From: Ignavibacteriales bacterium
GTDB taxonomy: Bacteria > Bacteroidota > Ignavibacteria > Ignavibacteriales > Melioribacteraceae
Direction of reading: 5' to 3'
Assembly: GCA_016234355.1 (NCBI GenBank)
Contig: JACRFC010000213.1
Span: 1 to 54,056, forward strand
DNA length: 54,056 nucleotides
A program made the translations under genes and the position numbers. Shown here in pieces: positions 31,285 through 41,042 of this stretch (positions are counted from its first letter, which is position 1; each line of letters starts with the position of its first letter). The notes under the pieces are model-generated. The model was not told where the DNA came from and ran no database searches. It worked only from the letters and a program-made list of their open reading frames with translations.

Positions 31285-31307
31285 CCGATTGAGTTAAACT
31301 CAATCGG
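31285..31307 (-). other. Perfect 10-bp stem-loop in the rpoB-rpoC spacer
   Basis: ccgattgagt taa actcaatcgg. No U-tract follows on the minus strand. Confidence 0.5.
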
Positions 31308-31313
31308 AATAGC

Positions 31314-34300
31314 TTAGTTAATTTTTATATCAAGACCGAGACCTTGAAGCTCTTTAATCAACACATTAAATGCTTCGGGAATATTTGATTCAGGTAAATT
31401 TTCACCTTTAACAATAGCCTCGTAGGTTTTTGCTCTTCCTGTTACATCATCGCTCTTCACTGTTAAGATTTCCTGAAGAACATGCGCAGCACCATAACCT
31501 TCGAGAGCCCAAACTTCCATTTCTCCAAATCTCTGACCGCCAAATTGAGCTTTACCGCCTAGAGGTTGTTGAGTAATAAGCGAGTAAGGACCAATGGAAC
31601 GAGCATGAATCTTGTCATCAACCATATGACCAAGCTTCATCATATATATGTAACCACATGTAACTTTCTGATGGAATTTTTCTCCACTTCTTCCATCGTA
31701 GAGCCACGTCTTACTGCCTTCATCTAACTGAGCATTTTTTAACCAGTCTTCAACTTCACTAACTTTTGCGCTATCGAAGATAGGTGTTTCGAACTTAACG
31801 CCAAGTTTATGACCAACCCATCCAAGAGCGGTTTCATATAATTGACCTAAGTTCATACGTGAAGGTACACCAAGCGGATTTAAAACTATATCAACCGGAG
31901 TTCCGTCTTCATGATGCGGCATATCTTCAACAGGAACAACTTTTGCAACAACACCTTTGTTACCGTGACGGCCAGCCATTTTATCACCAACAGAAACTTT
32001 TCTCTTCTTAGCAACATAAACTTTTGCAAGTTGAGTAATTCCCGGAGGTAATTCGTCGCCGCTTTGTATTTTCAATTTTTCGCGTTTGTAGTCTTCTTCA
32101 ATCTCCGCAAGAAGTGTGAAATAGTTTGAATATAAATGCTTGATTAATTCGTTTGTGTTTTTTCTTTCGAACCAATCTTTTGTGTAGTCTAATTTTGAAA
32201 TATCATCTATTTCTGCAAATGTTTCATCTTTGATTGATGTACCGCTTCTCAATACAACGCTGCCGTCCAAATCGCGAATACCCGAAATTGTTTTTCCATG
32301 AGTAATTCGAGTTAGCTTAGTTACCAGTTTGTTGTAATGATTTTCTTTACGTTTTTTATATTCAGTTTCAAGATTATCCATCAATTTTTTTTCAACTTTC
32401 TTTGAATCGGCATCTTTCCTTTTGCGGCTGAATAATCTTGTTTTAATTACAACACCTTTCAATCCTGGAGGTGCTTTCAAAGATGCATCTTTCACATCGC
32501 CGGCTTTGTCACCGAAGATTGCTTTTAATAATTTTTCTTCAGGAGTAGGATCTGTTTCACCTTTTGGTGTAATCTTACCTATCAGAATATCGCCTTCTTT
32601 AACTTCGGCGCCTTCCCTAACAATACCATGCTCATCCAAATCCTTTGTAGCTTCTTCACTAACGTTCGGAATATCTCTAGTTAATTCTTCTTCTCCACGT
32701 TTTGTCTCACGAACTTGAAGTTCAAATTCCTCAATATGAATAGATGTAAATACATCATCACTAACAAGACGTTCGCTCAGTACAATAGCATCTTCAAAAT
32801 TATATCCGCGCCAAGGCATGAATGCAACCGATACGTTTCTTCCAAGTGCAAGTTCGCCTTTATCAATTGCAGGTCCATCAGCTATAACTTCACCTTTTTT
32901 CAAACGTTGACCGGTTACTACAATCGGTTTTTGATTAAAACATGTTTCCTGGTTGGTACCATTAAATTTTGTAAGAATATGTTCAACTCTTTTCTCGTCA
33001 TCAAAACTTACTAATGTTTCAGGAGCGCTTTCATCAACATCATACTTAACAATAATTCTCTTTGAATCTGCATACTCAACAACTCCGTTATCTTCGGAAG
33101 TAATAATAGAACGTGAATCACGAGCAATTTTTTGTTCCATACCGGTTCCAACAATAGGAGCTTGAGGAATAAGAAGCGGAACTGCCTGACGTTGCATATT
33201 AGACCCCATCAATGCTCTGTTTGCATCATCGTGCTCTAGGAATGGAATTAATGCAGCACCAGCAGAAACAATTTGAGCAGGAGCTACATCCATATAATGA
33301 ACTTCTTCCGGAACAACTACAGGAAAATCACCGCGCTCTCTACATTTAACTCTATCTAAAACATAACGGCCCTGGTCATCTAAAGGCGCATTAGCTTGAG
33401 CAATAATAAATTCATCTTCTTGATCAGCGCTTAAAAAATCAATGCTGTTCGAAACTTTTCCTTCTTTAACTTTTCTATATGGTGTTTCTAAAAATCCGTA
33501 CTGATTAACACGTGCATAAATTGTAAGTGAAGAAATAAGACCGATGTTCGGACCTTCAGGCGTTTCGATTGGACATAAACGGCCATAATGAGAATGGTGA
33601 ACGTCACGTACTTCGAATCCTGCACGCTCACGTGTTAAACCGCCAGGCCCTAAAGCAGAAATTCTTCTTTTGTGTGTAAGCTCTGAAAGCGGATTAGTTT
33701 GATCCATGAATTGCGAAAGTTGGTTTGTACCGAAGAACGCATTTATCACACTGCTTATAGTTCTTGCATTTACCAAATCTTGCGGCTGCATATTTTCGTT
33801 ATCGCGCATGTTCATTCTTTCTTTTATTGTGCGCGCCATTCTTGCTAAACCAACATTATATTGTTGCATTAACTGTTCACCAACAGTTCTAACTCTTCTG
33901 TTTCCTAAATGATCTATATCATCAACATTAACATTACCGTTTTTCAGTTTAATGATATTGTTCATGATTGCAATAATATCTTCAACTGTTAAGACTTTAA
34001 TGTTATCAGGAACATTAAGATTTAATCGGTCATTCATTCTAAAACGACCAACGTCACCCAGGTCATATCTTTTCTCATTAAAAAATAATTTATCTATTAA
34101 ACCAACTGCTGTATCAACATCAGGAGCTTCACCCGAACGTAGTTGTCTGTAAATTGCATATAGAGCTTCTTCTTTATTTGTTGATGTATCTTTTTTAAGT
34201 GTGTTTATTATTAAGTCTTGTTCAAAAGTAGTTTCAATACTTAGTAATTGAACTTTAGATACACCTGAACCTTTTATACTATCAATAATTTCTTCTGTTA

Positions 34301-35093
34301 ATTCGGCATCTTTGGATGCATAAATTTCACCGGTAGCTGTATCAATCACATCGTTGGCAACAATTCTTCCGATATGTTTATCAATGCTTAAATGTTTAAC
34401 TGTAACTTCTTCTATGAGATTAAATAAATTTAAGATTTGTTCGTTTGTCTCGTAGCCAAGAGCCCTTAATAAAGTTGTTGAAGGGAATTTTTTTCTGCGA
34501 TCTATATAAACATAAAGTATATTATTAATGTCAGTTGCAAATTCAACCCATGAACCTCTGAATGGAATAATTCTTGCGGAGTAAATCGGGGTTCCGTTCG
34601 GATGTACAGTCTGAGCGAAAGCAACACCTGGTGAACGATGTAACTGACTAACAATTACTCTTTCAGCACCGTTGATTATAAATGTACCGCGGCCAGTCAT
34701 ATAAGGAAGATTACCAAGATAAACTTCCTGTTCTACAGAATTTACATATTCGCCCGTTTCATCATCTTTAGTTGAAAGACGAAGTTTTGCTTTTAAGGGT
34801 GCAGAATATGTTAATCCTCTTTCTTCACATTCCGCCATTGAAAAGCGGGGCTTCTCAATGTAATACTCAATAAAATCTAATCTGTAAAATTCTTTATTGT
34901 CGAAGATTGGGTAGTTGGTATTAAATACCGCTTGTAAACCTTTGTTTTCTCTTTGCGCCGGTAAAACTTTTAATTGAATAAATTCTTCAAATGAATCTAA
35001 CTGAATATTCAGAAGATCCGGAACTTTAACAGTCTGAGAAATTTGAGCAAAGGTAATTCTTCCAGTGCTTTTGTTAATTTTTTGTTTTTCCAA
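31314..35093 (-). CDS. rpoB: DNA-directed RNA polymerase subunit beta
   Basis: 1259 aa, including ...GFEVRDVHHSHYGRLCPIETPEGPNIGLI... TTG start preceded by GGAGG. Confidence 0.98.
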   Translation of the reverse strand: MEKQKINKSTGRITFAQISQTVKVPDLLNIQLDSFEEFIQLKVLPAQRENKGLQAVFNTNYPIFDNKEFYRLDFIEYYIEKPRFSMAECEERGLTYSAPLKAKLRLSTKDDETGEYVNSVEQEVYLGNLPYMTGRGTFIINGAERVIVSQLHRSPGVAFAQTVHPNGTPIYSARIIPFRGSWVEFATDINNILYVYIDRRKKFPSTTLLRALGYETNEQILNLFNLIEEVTVKHLSIDKHIGRIVANDVIDTATGEIYASKDAELTEEIIDSIKGSGVSKVQLLSIETTFEQDLIINTLKKDTSTNKEEALYAIYRQLRSGEAPDVDTAVGLIDKLFFNEKRYDLGDVGRFRMNDRLNLNVPDNIKVLTVEDIIAIMNNIIKLKNGNVNVDDIDHLGNRRVRTVGEQLMQQYNVGLARMARTIKERMNMRDNENMQPQDLVNARTISSVINAFFGTNQLSQFMDQTNPLSELTHKRRISALGPGGLTRERAGFEVRDVHHSHYGRLCPIETPEGPNIGLISSLTIYARVNQYGFLETPYRKVKEGKVSNSIDFLSADQEDEFIIAQANAPLDDQGRYVLDRVKCRERGDFPVVVPEEVHYMDVAPAQIVSAGAALIPFLEHDDANRALMGSNMQRQAVPLLIPQAPIVGTGMEQKIARDSRSIITSEDNGVVEYADSKRIIVKYDVDESAPETLVSFDDEKRVEHILTKFNGTNQETCFNQKPIVVTGQRLKKGEVIADGPAIDKGELALGRNVSVAFMPWRGYNFEDAIVLSERLVSDDVFTSIHIEEFELQVRETKRGEEELTRDIPNVSEEATKDLDEHGIVREGAEVKEGDILIGKITPKGETDPTPEEKLLKAIFGDKAGDVKDASLKAPPGLKGVVIKTRLFSRKRKDADSKKVEKKLMDNLETEYKKRKENHYNKLVTKLTRITHGKTISGIRDLDGSVVLRSGTSIKDETFAEIDDISKLDYTKDWFERKNTNELIKHLYSNYFTLLAEIEEDYKREKLKIQSGDELPPGITQLAKVYVAKKRKVSVGDKMAGRHGNKGVVAKVVPVEDMPHHEDGTPVDIVLNPLGVPSRMNLGQLYETALGWVGHKLGVKFETPIFDSAKVSEVEDWLKNAQLDEGSKTWLYDGRSGEKFHQKVTCGYIYMMKLGHMVDDKIHARSIGPYSLITQQPLGGKAQFGGQRFGEMEVWALEGYGAAHVLQEILTVKSDDVTGRAKTYEAIVKGENLPESNIPEAFNVLIKELQGLGLDIKIN

Positions 35094-35123
35094 CCCTAAC
35101 CTCCAATGTGGTTTTTGTCAGTT

Positions 35124-35179
35124 TTTCTTTCATCTAAAAATGAAAGAAAGTGGCAAGACAGATTTTACCTTCTTACCAC
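35124..35179 (-). terminator. rplL-rpoB intergenic attenuator: hairpin plus U-rich tract, with an overlapping second hairpin
   Basis: The minus strand reads GTGGTAAGA-12 nt-TCTTGCCAC followed by TTTCTTTCATTTTT. That U-rich tract can instead pair with the downstream ATGAAAGAAA (10 bp). Confidence 0.5.
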
Positions 35180-35214
35180 TTCAATTTATATCGAATGAAG
35201 GGAATTGAATTAGT

Positions 35215-35592
35215 TTATTTAACTTGAACAGTAGCGCCTGCTTCTTCAAGTTCCTTTTTGATTTTTTCAGCTTCGTCTTTTGATACTGCTTCCTTAACCG
35301 GTTTAGGTGCACCATCAACTAAATCTTTTGCTTCTTTTAAACCAAGTCCAGTATGTGCACGAACAACCTTGATTACATTAATTTTGGTAGCGCCAGCTGC
35401 TTGAAGAATAACATCGAATTCGGTTTTTTCTTCAACAGGGGCTGCTGCTGCACCTGCAGCCGGTCCAGCCATCATCATCGGAGCTGATGCTGTAACGCCA
35501 AATTCATTTTCCAAAGCTTTCTTTAATTCAGAAGCTTCAACAAGTGTAAGCGCTTTAATCTTTTCTACAATTTCAACAATTTTCTCTGACAT
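35215..35592 (-). CDS. rplL: 50S ribosomal protein L7/L12
   Basis: 125 aa with an Ala/Pro hinge and ...[21 protein letters not shown]. Confidence 0.95.
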   Translation of the reverse strand: MSEKIVEIVEKIKALTLVEASELKKALENEFGVTASAPMMMAGPAAGAAAAPVEEKTEFDVILQAAGATKINVIKVVRAHTGLGLKEAKDLVDGAPKPVKEAVSKDEAEKIKKELEEAGATVQVK

Positions 35593-35638
35593 TTTACTAC
35601 TCCTATTACTTTAATTAATTATTCAAATTTATGATTGA

Positions 35639-36160
35639 TTATGCAGCTTTCTTTTTCCCTACCTCATCAATAACACTAACGAGATCTCTGATAACTGCAT
35701 TGATTGAACCGACAATTCCACTGGCCGGAGCTGCAATACTACCAACAATACCTGCCATGATTTCTTCTTTTGTAGGCATCGAAGCAATAGTATCCAATTG
35801 ATCCGCACTATAAAATGCTGATTCAATATAGCATCCCTTAAAAGTAAATTTTTTCGATTCATCAAAATATTTTTTAATGATTTTAGCAGGTGCTACAAAA
35901 TTTTCACCGGCAAAAGCAACACCTGTCATACCAACTAGTTGCGAATTGAATTTTTCATATCCGCCAACTTGTTCCAAAGCTTTTTTGAACAAAGTATTTT
36001 TTAGAACTTTGTAATTAATTCCATCTTTTCTAAAATTAGATCGCAGCTTATTAATATCAGCAACATTAACACCGCGGTAATCAACAAGAAACATTGCAGA
36101 GGAATTTTTCATAAGCTCTTTGATCTGTTCAATTCGTACAGCTTTTTCTTCTTTTTTCAT
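35639..36160 (-). CDS. rplJ: 50S ribosomal protein L10
   Basis: 173 aa, positioned between rplA and rplL. Confidence 0.9.
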   Translation of the reverse strand: MKKEEKAVRIEQIKELMKNSSAMFLVDYRGVNVADINKLRSNFRKDGINYKVLKNTLFKKALEQVGGYEKFNSQLVGMTGVAFAGENFVAPAKIIKKYFDESKKFTFKGCYIESAFYSADQLDTIASMPTKEEIMAGIVGSIAAPASGIVGSINAVIRDLVSVIDEVGKKKAA

Positions 36161-36229
36161 CGTACTCCCAATCGGTTATAACTGCACACTTAATAATGTA
36201 GAAGCATTTATGAGTGCGTAAAATTTTAT

Positions 36230-36937
36230 TTAATCGTGCTTTGTAGCAACGGTTGTTTCATCTTTAGTAATTTTTAAACCGGGACCCATAGTGGAGGAGA
36301 GGTATAAACTTTTTACATAAATTCCTTTAGCGGATGAAGGTCTCATTTTTATAATTGTTTGAAGAAAAGCTCTGGTATTTTCTGCGAGTTGTTCAACGTT
36401 AAAATTCATTTTGCCGAGCGATGTATGAATTATTCCGGCTTTCTCAACTCTGAATTCGATCTTGCCTGCTTTAACTTCCTTAACAGCTTTTGCTACATCA
36501 TTAGTAACTGTTCCGCTTTTGGGATTAGGCATTAAACCTTTTGGACCTAACACACGGCCAAGTTTACCAAGCTCGCCCATCGAATCCGGTGTAGCTACAA
36601 TAACATCAACTTCAGCCCAGCCGCTTTTAATTTTCTCAAGATATTCTTCAAACCCGGCATATTCAGCACCAGCTTTTAAAGCTTCTTCTGCTTGAGCACC
36701 TTTTGCAATTACAAGAACGGTAACTTTTTTCCCGGTACCATGCGGTAGTGAAACTGTTCCTCTTACCATTTGGTCTGCATGGCGGGGATCAACACCAAGT
36801 CTAATTGCACAATCGAGTGATTCGGTAAATTTAATTTTCGCATTATCTTTTAAAAGTTTGATTGCTTCTTCAACTGAATATTCTTTTGTTCTATCAATAT
36901 TTTTATTGACGGCTTTTATCCTTTTGGTAACTTTCAT
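36230..36937 (-). CDS. rplA: 50S ribosomal protein L1
   Basis: 235 aa: ...[24 protein letters not shown]. Confidence 0.95.
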   Translation of the reverse strand: MKVTKRIKAVNKNIDRTKEYSVEEAIKLLKDNAKIKFTESLDCAIRLGVDPRHADQMVRGTVSLPHGTGKKVTVLVIAKGAQAEEALKAGAEYAGFEEYLEKIKSGWAEVDVIVATPDSMGELGKLGRVLGPKGLMPNPKSGTVTNDVAKAVKEVKAGKIEFRVEKAGIIHTSLGKMNFNVEQLAENTRAFLQTIIKMRPSSAKGIYVKSLYLSSTMGPGLKITKDETTVATKHD

Positions 36938-36967
36938 TTCGATTCCAATAAAAAAATTATTGTAAAA

Positions 36968-37393
36968 TTAGTCTTCTACAGTAAAACCCATACTTCGTGC
37001 AGTACCAGAGACCATACTCATTGCATGATCAACATCATGAGCATTAAGATCCGGCATTTTTATCTGTGCAATTTCACGAACTTGAGCTTTTGTTACTTTA
37101 GCAACTTTTGTTTTGTTTGGTTCAGCAGAACCTTTCTCAACTTTTGCAGCTTTCTTTAATAAGATTGCAGCCGGAGGTGTTTTTGTAATAAACGTAAAGG
37201 ACTTGTCGGAAAAAACAGTTATCACAACAGGAATAATTAACCCTTGTTTATCAGAAGTTCTTGCATTGAACTGCTTGCAAAACTCCATAATATTAACACC
37301 TTTCTGACCTAAAGCAGGACCAACTGGTGGTGAAGGATTAGCTGCACCAGCAGGTATTTGCAATTTAATATAACTATCAATTTTTTTTGCCAT
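36968..37393 (-). CDS. rplK: 50S ribosomal protein L11
   Basis: [34 protein letters not shown]. Confidence 0.95.
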   Translation of the reverse strand: MAKKIDSYIKLQIPAGAANPSPPVGPALGQKGVNIMEFCKQFNARTSDKQGLIIPVVITVFSDKSFTFITKTPPAAILLKKAAKVEKGSAEPNKTKVAKVTKAQVREIAQIKMPDLNAHDVDHAMSMVSGTARSMGFTVED

Positions 37394-37411
37394 CGTTTAA
37401 CCTATATTAAC

Positions 37412-37957
37412 TTATTTTTCAAATTCAGCTTGAGCAAAATCAATTTCGACTGGAGTTTTTCTACCAAAGATCGAAACCATGACTTTGATTTTTAATTTTT
37501 CTTCATTCACTTCTTGTATAAAGCCAGAAAAATTATTAAAAGGACCGTCAATAATTTTTACAAAATCGCCTGTCCTAAAAATAGTTTCAGTTCTTTCTGT
37601 TTCATTATCCTGAGATAACCTACCAACGATTCTTTTTACTTCTTCGGGTTGAAGTGGTACAGGATGATTTACCGATCCGAGAAAGCCCATAACAGATGGT
37701 GTGTTGATAATAAAATCTTTTGCTTTAATATCTAGATCAACACAAACCAATATATAACCGGGGAAAAAATTTTTCTTTTTAGTTTTTTTCTTGCCGTCTT
37801 TTACTTCAAAAACTTTCTCGGTTGGAACAAGTACATCAAAAATTCTTGAACGAAGTTCTTCATTCTCTTTTAATTCAGCATCTATCAATGTCTTAACTTT
37901 ATTCTCATGACCAGAAAAGGTTCTGATAACATACCATCTAGCTTTTTCGTTTTCCAA
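37412..37957 (-). CDS. nusG: Transcription termination/antitermination factor NusG
   Basis: RWYVIRTFSGHENKVK plus a C-terminal KOW (GDFVKIIDGPFNNFSG). TTG start. Confidence 0.95.
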   Translation of the reverse strand: MENEKARWYVIRTFSGHENKVKTLIDAELKENEELRSRIFDVLVPTEKVFEVKDGKKKTKKKNFFPGYILVCVDLDIKAKDFIINTPSVMGFLGSVNHPVPLQPEEVKRIVGRLSQDNETERTETIFRTGDFVKIIDGPFNNFSGFIQEVNEEKLKIKVMVSIFGRKTPVEIDFAQAEFEK

Positions 37958-37959
37958 GA

Positions 37960-38142
37960 TTAAAAAATTCCTTGTAATATTTTATTTACAGCCATATCAA
38001 CTATATAAGTAAAAGCTGCAAGCACTAAACAAACTATGATCACAACTGAAGTTGATTCCTTCAATTCTTCACGAGTCGGCCAAGTTACTTTTTTCATTTC
38101 TTTTACAACATCATTAACAAAGTTGACTATTTTTTCTTTCAT
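37960..38142 (-). CDS. secE: Preprotein translocase subunit SecE
   Basis: 60 aa, single TM, with KVTWPTREEL. Upstream of nusG. Confidence 0.9.
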   Translation of the reverse strand: MKEKIVNFVNDVVKEMKKVTWPTREELKESTSVVIIVCLVLAAFTYIVDMAVNKILQGIF

Positions 38143-38164
38143 AAAATTTTTCTTTTTTTGGTTG

Positions 38165-38237
38165 CACGTCAGGAGGGACTCGAACCCCCAACCTGCGGTT
38201 TTGGAGACCGCCGCTCTACCAATTGAGCCACTGACGT
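38165..38237 (-). tRNA. tRNA-Trp (anticodon CCA)
   Basis: Hand fold: ACGTCAG TG GCTC AATTGGTA GAGC G GCGGT CTCCAAA ACCGC AGGTT GGGGG TTCGAGT CCCTC CTGACGT G. Confidence 0.9.
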
Positions 38238-38238
38238 A

Positions 38239-38406
38239 TTATTTAGTTTCCTTAAAAACTACATGTTTACGAACTACAGGATCATATTTCTTAAACTCAA
38301 CTCGATTCGGATGTTCTCTTTTATTTTTTTTAGTTGAGTAACGAAATCCTGTATTAGCGGTGCTTTCTAATACAATTATTTGTCTAATGTTTTTTGATTT
38401 TGCCAT
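38239..38406 (-). CDS. rpmG: 50S ribosomal protein L33 (Cys-less form)
   Basis: [55 protein letters not shown]. The track ORF is trimmed to the ATG at 38406. Confidence 0.9.
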   Translation of the reverse strand: MAKSKNIRQIIVLESTANTGFRYSTKKNKREHPNRVEFKKYDPVVRKHVVFKETK

Positions 38407-38454
38407 TTCACCTTTCCTTATAAAAACTATTTCCCGAATTATTATTCGGTATTG

Positions 38455-38527
<73 letters not shown>

Positions 38528-38530
38528 ATT

Positions 38531-38622
38531 TGAAAAAGCTTGACTTCCTTTTCACCTCTTCTCCCGAAAAGCGGGATGCTCTACCAACCTGCCTGCCGGT
38601 AGGCAAGCTGAGCTACATCAGC
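38531..38622 (-). pseudogene. tRNA-derived remnant: duplicate of the tRNA-Thr 5' acceptor/D-arm, interrupted by the palindromic element, with no T-arm or 3' acceptor strand
   Basis: The minus strand reads GCTGATGTAGCTCAG[CTTGCCTACCGGCAGGCAGG]TTGGTAGAGCA TCCCGCTTTTCGGGAG AAGAGGTGAAAAGGAAGTCAAGC. The first 15 nt plus TTGGTAGAGCA are identical to the adjacent tRNA-Thr. The rest does not fold as a tRNA. Confidence 0.6.
38586..38609. repeat. GC-rich palindromic element, copy C (inside the tRNA remnant D-loop)
   Basis: aacctgcctgccggtaggcaagct; compare copies A and B. Confidence 0.65.
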
Positions 38623-38628
38623 AGTTAG

Positions 38629-38702
38629 AGCGGGAGACGGGACTCGAACCCGCGACCAACAGCTTGGAAGGCTGTGACTCTAGCCAACTGAGTTACTCCC
38701 GC
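38629..38702 (-). tRNA. tRNA-Gly (anticodon UCC)
   Basis: Hand fold: GCGGGAG TA ACTC AGTTGGCTA GAGT C ACAGC CTTCCAA GCTGT TGGTC GCGGG TTCGAGT CCCGT CTCCCGC T. Confidence 0.9.
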
Positions 38703-38727
38703 AATAAATCACTACGTAAAGAACTCG

Positions 38728-38811
38728 TGGGCGGCGAGGGATTCGAACCCCCAAAGGCGTATGCCAACGGATTTACAGTCCGCCCCGGCTCTCCAACTCC
38801 GGCGTCCGCCC
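38728..38811 (-). tRNA. tRNA-Tyr (anticodon GUA), long variable arm
   Basis: Hand fold: GGGCGGA CG CCGG AGTTGGAGAG CCGG G GCGGA CTGTAAA TCCGT TGGCATACGCCTTT GGGGG TTCGAAT CCCTC GCCGCCC A. One A7-G66 mismatch. Confidence 0.85.
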
Positions 38812-38849
38812 AGACGTATTTCACCCGTTTTTGTAAAAACCGAGCTTCA

Positions 38850-38878
38850 AATATAGAATGACTTGGTTAAAAAAGCAA
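38850..38878 (-). promoter_or_regulatory. Candidate promoter for the tRNA-Tyr/Gly/Thr-rpmG transcription unit (TTGCTT-17 nt-TATATT)
   Basis: The minus strand reads TTGCTT TTTTAACCAAGTCATTC TATATT, about 40 nt upstream of tRNA-Tyr. Motif match only. Confidence 0.35.
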
Positions 38879-38912
38879 TAAATGTTAATAATAATTCTTC
38901 CAAAGTGTGGTA

Positions 38913-40451
38913 TTAATGACCCCAAAGCTCACGGTCTAAGCTTCTGTACTGTATTGCTTCGGAAATATATTGAGGTAGGATATCTCTGGATTTTTCAAGA
39001 TCTGCTATAGTACGACTAACTTTTATAATTCTATCATAAGCACGCGCTGATAAACCAAGTCGTGTCATTGCCATTTTTAAAAGATCTTCACTATTAGAAT
39101 CTAGTTTGCAGAATTTACGTAATTCTTTTGATGACATATCTGCATTCTTAAAAATGTTTTTCAATCCAGTAAATCTTTCCTGCTGAGTTGCTCTTGCTTT
39201 TATTACTCTTTTTCTAATATCCGTTGATTTTTCACCAACAGCACTTGAGGAAAGATCTTTGAACTTTACTGCCGGTACTTCAATGTGAATATCAATACGA
39301 TCTAATAGCGGACCTGAAATCTTTGCCATATATTTTTGAATCTGCATTGTATTACATGTACATTCTTTTGACGGATCGGTGAAGAAACCACACGGGCACG
39401 GATTCATTGCTGCAGCAAGCATAAAATTTGCGGGAAATTCTAATGACATTTTGGACCGACTGACTGTTACTTTATAATCTTCTAATGGTTGCCGTAAAAC
39501 TTCTAGAACATTTTTTTTGAATTCAGGAAGTTCATCTAAAAATAAAACTCCATGATGTGCGTACGAGACTTCACCAGGACGCGGAATTGTTCCGCCGCCA
39601 ATAAGTGCTGCATCGGAGATAGTATGATGTGGACTTCTAAATGGCCGTTCTGTTATCAGTGCCTTATCCTTAGTTAATATTCCAGCTACAGAATGAATCT
39701 TTGTCGTCTCAAGAGCTTCTTCAAAAGTAAGCGGTGGAAGTATTGAAGGAAATCTTTTAGCTAACATTGTTTTGCCAGAACCAGGTGGTCCTATCATCAA
39801 TATGTTATGACCTCCGGCGGCAGCAATCTCTAAAGCGCGTTTAACATTCTCTTGTCCTTTCACATCCGAAAAATCGAGAACGTAAGTATTGACTTGTGCA
39901 AACACATCATCTTTGTTTGTATAAACCGGATTAAATTTTTCTTCTTCATTTAAAAATTGAATTACTTCCATAAGATTATGAAGTCCAAAGACTTCAATGT
40001 CATTAACAATAGAAGCTTCTTTTACTGAATCAATCGGTAAAATTATTTTTTTAATTCCTTTTCTTCTTGCTTCAACTGTTATTGGAAGCGCACCTTTTAT
40101 TTTTCGTAGAGAACCATCTAGAGAAAGTTCCCCTAATAAAATTGTTTCATTTAAAAAATCTTGTTTAACAATTTCATTTGAAGAAAGAAGTCCGATAGCA
40201 ATTGCAAGATCAAATGCACTTCCTTCTTTCTTGATATCTGCCGGGGCAAGATTAATAGTATGTTTTCTGTGAGGTAATTCTATTCCTGAATTTTTTATTG
40301 CAGCTGTAACCCGCTCGCGGCTTTCTTTAACTGCGTTATCAGGTAAACCTACGATTGTTATTGAGGGAAGTTGTTTATCCGAATGAGTTTCAACTTCCAC
40401 TAAGAAAGCATCAATACCAAATGTTGCCCCGGATAAAATTTTTGAAAACAT
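38913..40451 (-). CDS. comM: YifB/ComM family Mg-chelatase-like AAA+ ATPase
   Basis: 512 aa with a Lon-protease-like N-domain, Walker A GPPGSGKTMLA, VLFLDELPEF, and a Cys cluster (NPCPCG...C.C). Confidence 0.9.
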   Translation of the reverse strand: MFSKILSGATFGIDAFLVEVETHSDKQLPSITIVGLPDNAVKESRERVTAAIKNSGIELPHRKHTINLAPADIKKEGSAFDLAIAIGLLSSNEIVKQDFLNETILLGELSLDGSLRKIKGALPITVEARRKGIKKIILPIDSVKEASIVNDIEVFGLHNLMEVIQFLNEEEKFNPVYTNKDDVFAQVNTYVLDFSDVKGQENVKRALEIAAAGGHNILMIGPPGSGKTMLAKRFPSILPPLTFEEALETTKIHSVAGILTKDKALITERPFRSPHHTISDAALIGGGTIPRPGEVSYAHHGVLFLDELPEFKKNVLEVLRQPLEDYKVTVSRSKMSLEFPANFMLAAAMNPCPCGFFTDPSKECTCNTMQIQKYMAKISGPLLDRIDIHIEVPAVKFKDLSSSAVGEKSTDIRKRVIKARATQQERFTGLKNIFKNADMSSKELRKFCKLDSNSEDLLKMAMTRLGLSARAYDRIIKVSRTIADLEKSRDILPQYISEAIQYRSLDRELWGH

Positions 40452-40527
40452 TAACTGCCCCAGTTTTATGATTTCAATCTACAAAAAATTCATCTAACAA
40501 AAATATGTGACTTAGAACTAAAAAATT

Positions 40528-41022
40528 TTATTTGAACTTTCTTAAAAATTCCAACCTATCTTTCAAATTCTCGACAGGAACTAAAAGTTTTTCTTTCCCA
40601 AAAATTGCATCATTTCTGTTTTTGAACACCAGTTCATAATCTTTACTCATTACAATTGCCTCTTCAGGACAAACTTCTTCGCAGAAACCGCAGAAGATGC
40701 AGCGCAGCATATTAATTTCAAATTTTACGGGATATCTTTCTTTTTCCAAATCAGTTTCAGAAGCTTGAACTTCAATTGCAAGAGCCGGACAGACACGTGA
40801 ACATAATCCGCATGCTACACAACGTTCAACTCCATTATTTTCTTGAACGAGAACCGGACGGCCTCTGTATGACGCAGGTGGCTCAAATTTAACTTCGGGA
40901 TATTGTAAAGTAACATTTGGTCGAAACATATTTTTAAGAGTTAATGCCATTCCTTTTGCAATTTCAGGAATGTATAACTTCTCAAAAATGTTCAAATCTT
41001 TTTCTCTTTTTTGCCCAGCCAT
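40528..41022 (-). CDS. nuoI: NADH-quinone oxidoreductase subunit I (2x[4Fe-4S])
   Basis: 164 aa with [12 protein letters not shown] and [12 protein letters not shown] ferredoxin motifs. Confidence 0.9.
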   Translation of the reverse strand: MAGQKREKDLNIFEKLYIPEIAKGMALTLKNMFRPNVTLQYPEVKFEPPASYRGRPVLVQENNGVERCVACGLCSRVCPALAIEVQASETDLEKERYPVKFEINMLRCIFCGFCEEVCPEEAIVMSKDYELVFKNRNDAIFGKEKLLVPVENLKDRLEFLRKFK

Positions 41023-41042
41023 CTTATTCCTTTAAAACTTTT

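Noticed and set aside
24101-34152. Numerous 60-100-aa plus-strand ORFs antisense to fusA, rpoC and rpoB
   Set aside because: These are typical antisense shadow ORFs of long AT-rich genes. They have no start context or domain signal.
36161-36229. L10(L12)4 leader structure upstream of rplJ
   Set aside because: Only 4-bp complementary stretches could be found by eye. This is not enough to call the known leader motif without a covariance-model search.
38036-38341. 101-aa plus-strand ORF
   Set aside because: It is antisense to secE, tRNA-Trp and rpmG, and is explained by those features.
38531-38622. Intron-containing or otherwise functional tRNA at this position
   Set aside because: After the D-arm there is no 7-nt anticodon loop with U33, no GTTCRANYC T-loop, and no 3' strand complementary to GCTGATG. 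It is called a remnant instead.
38664-38861. 65-aa plus-strand ORF
   Set aside because: It lies antisense across tRNA-Gly and tRNA-Tyr. The GC-rich tRNA sequence creates the open frame.
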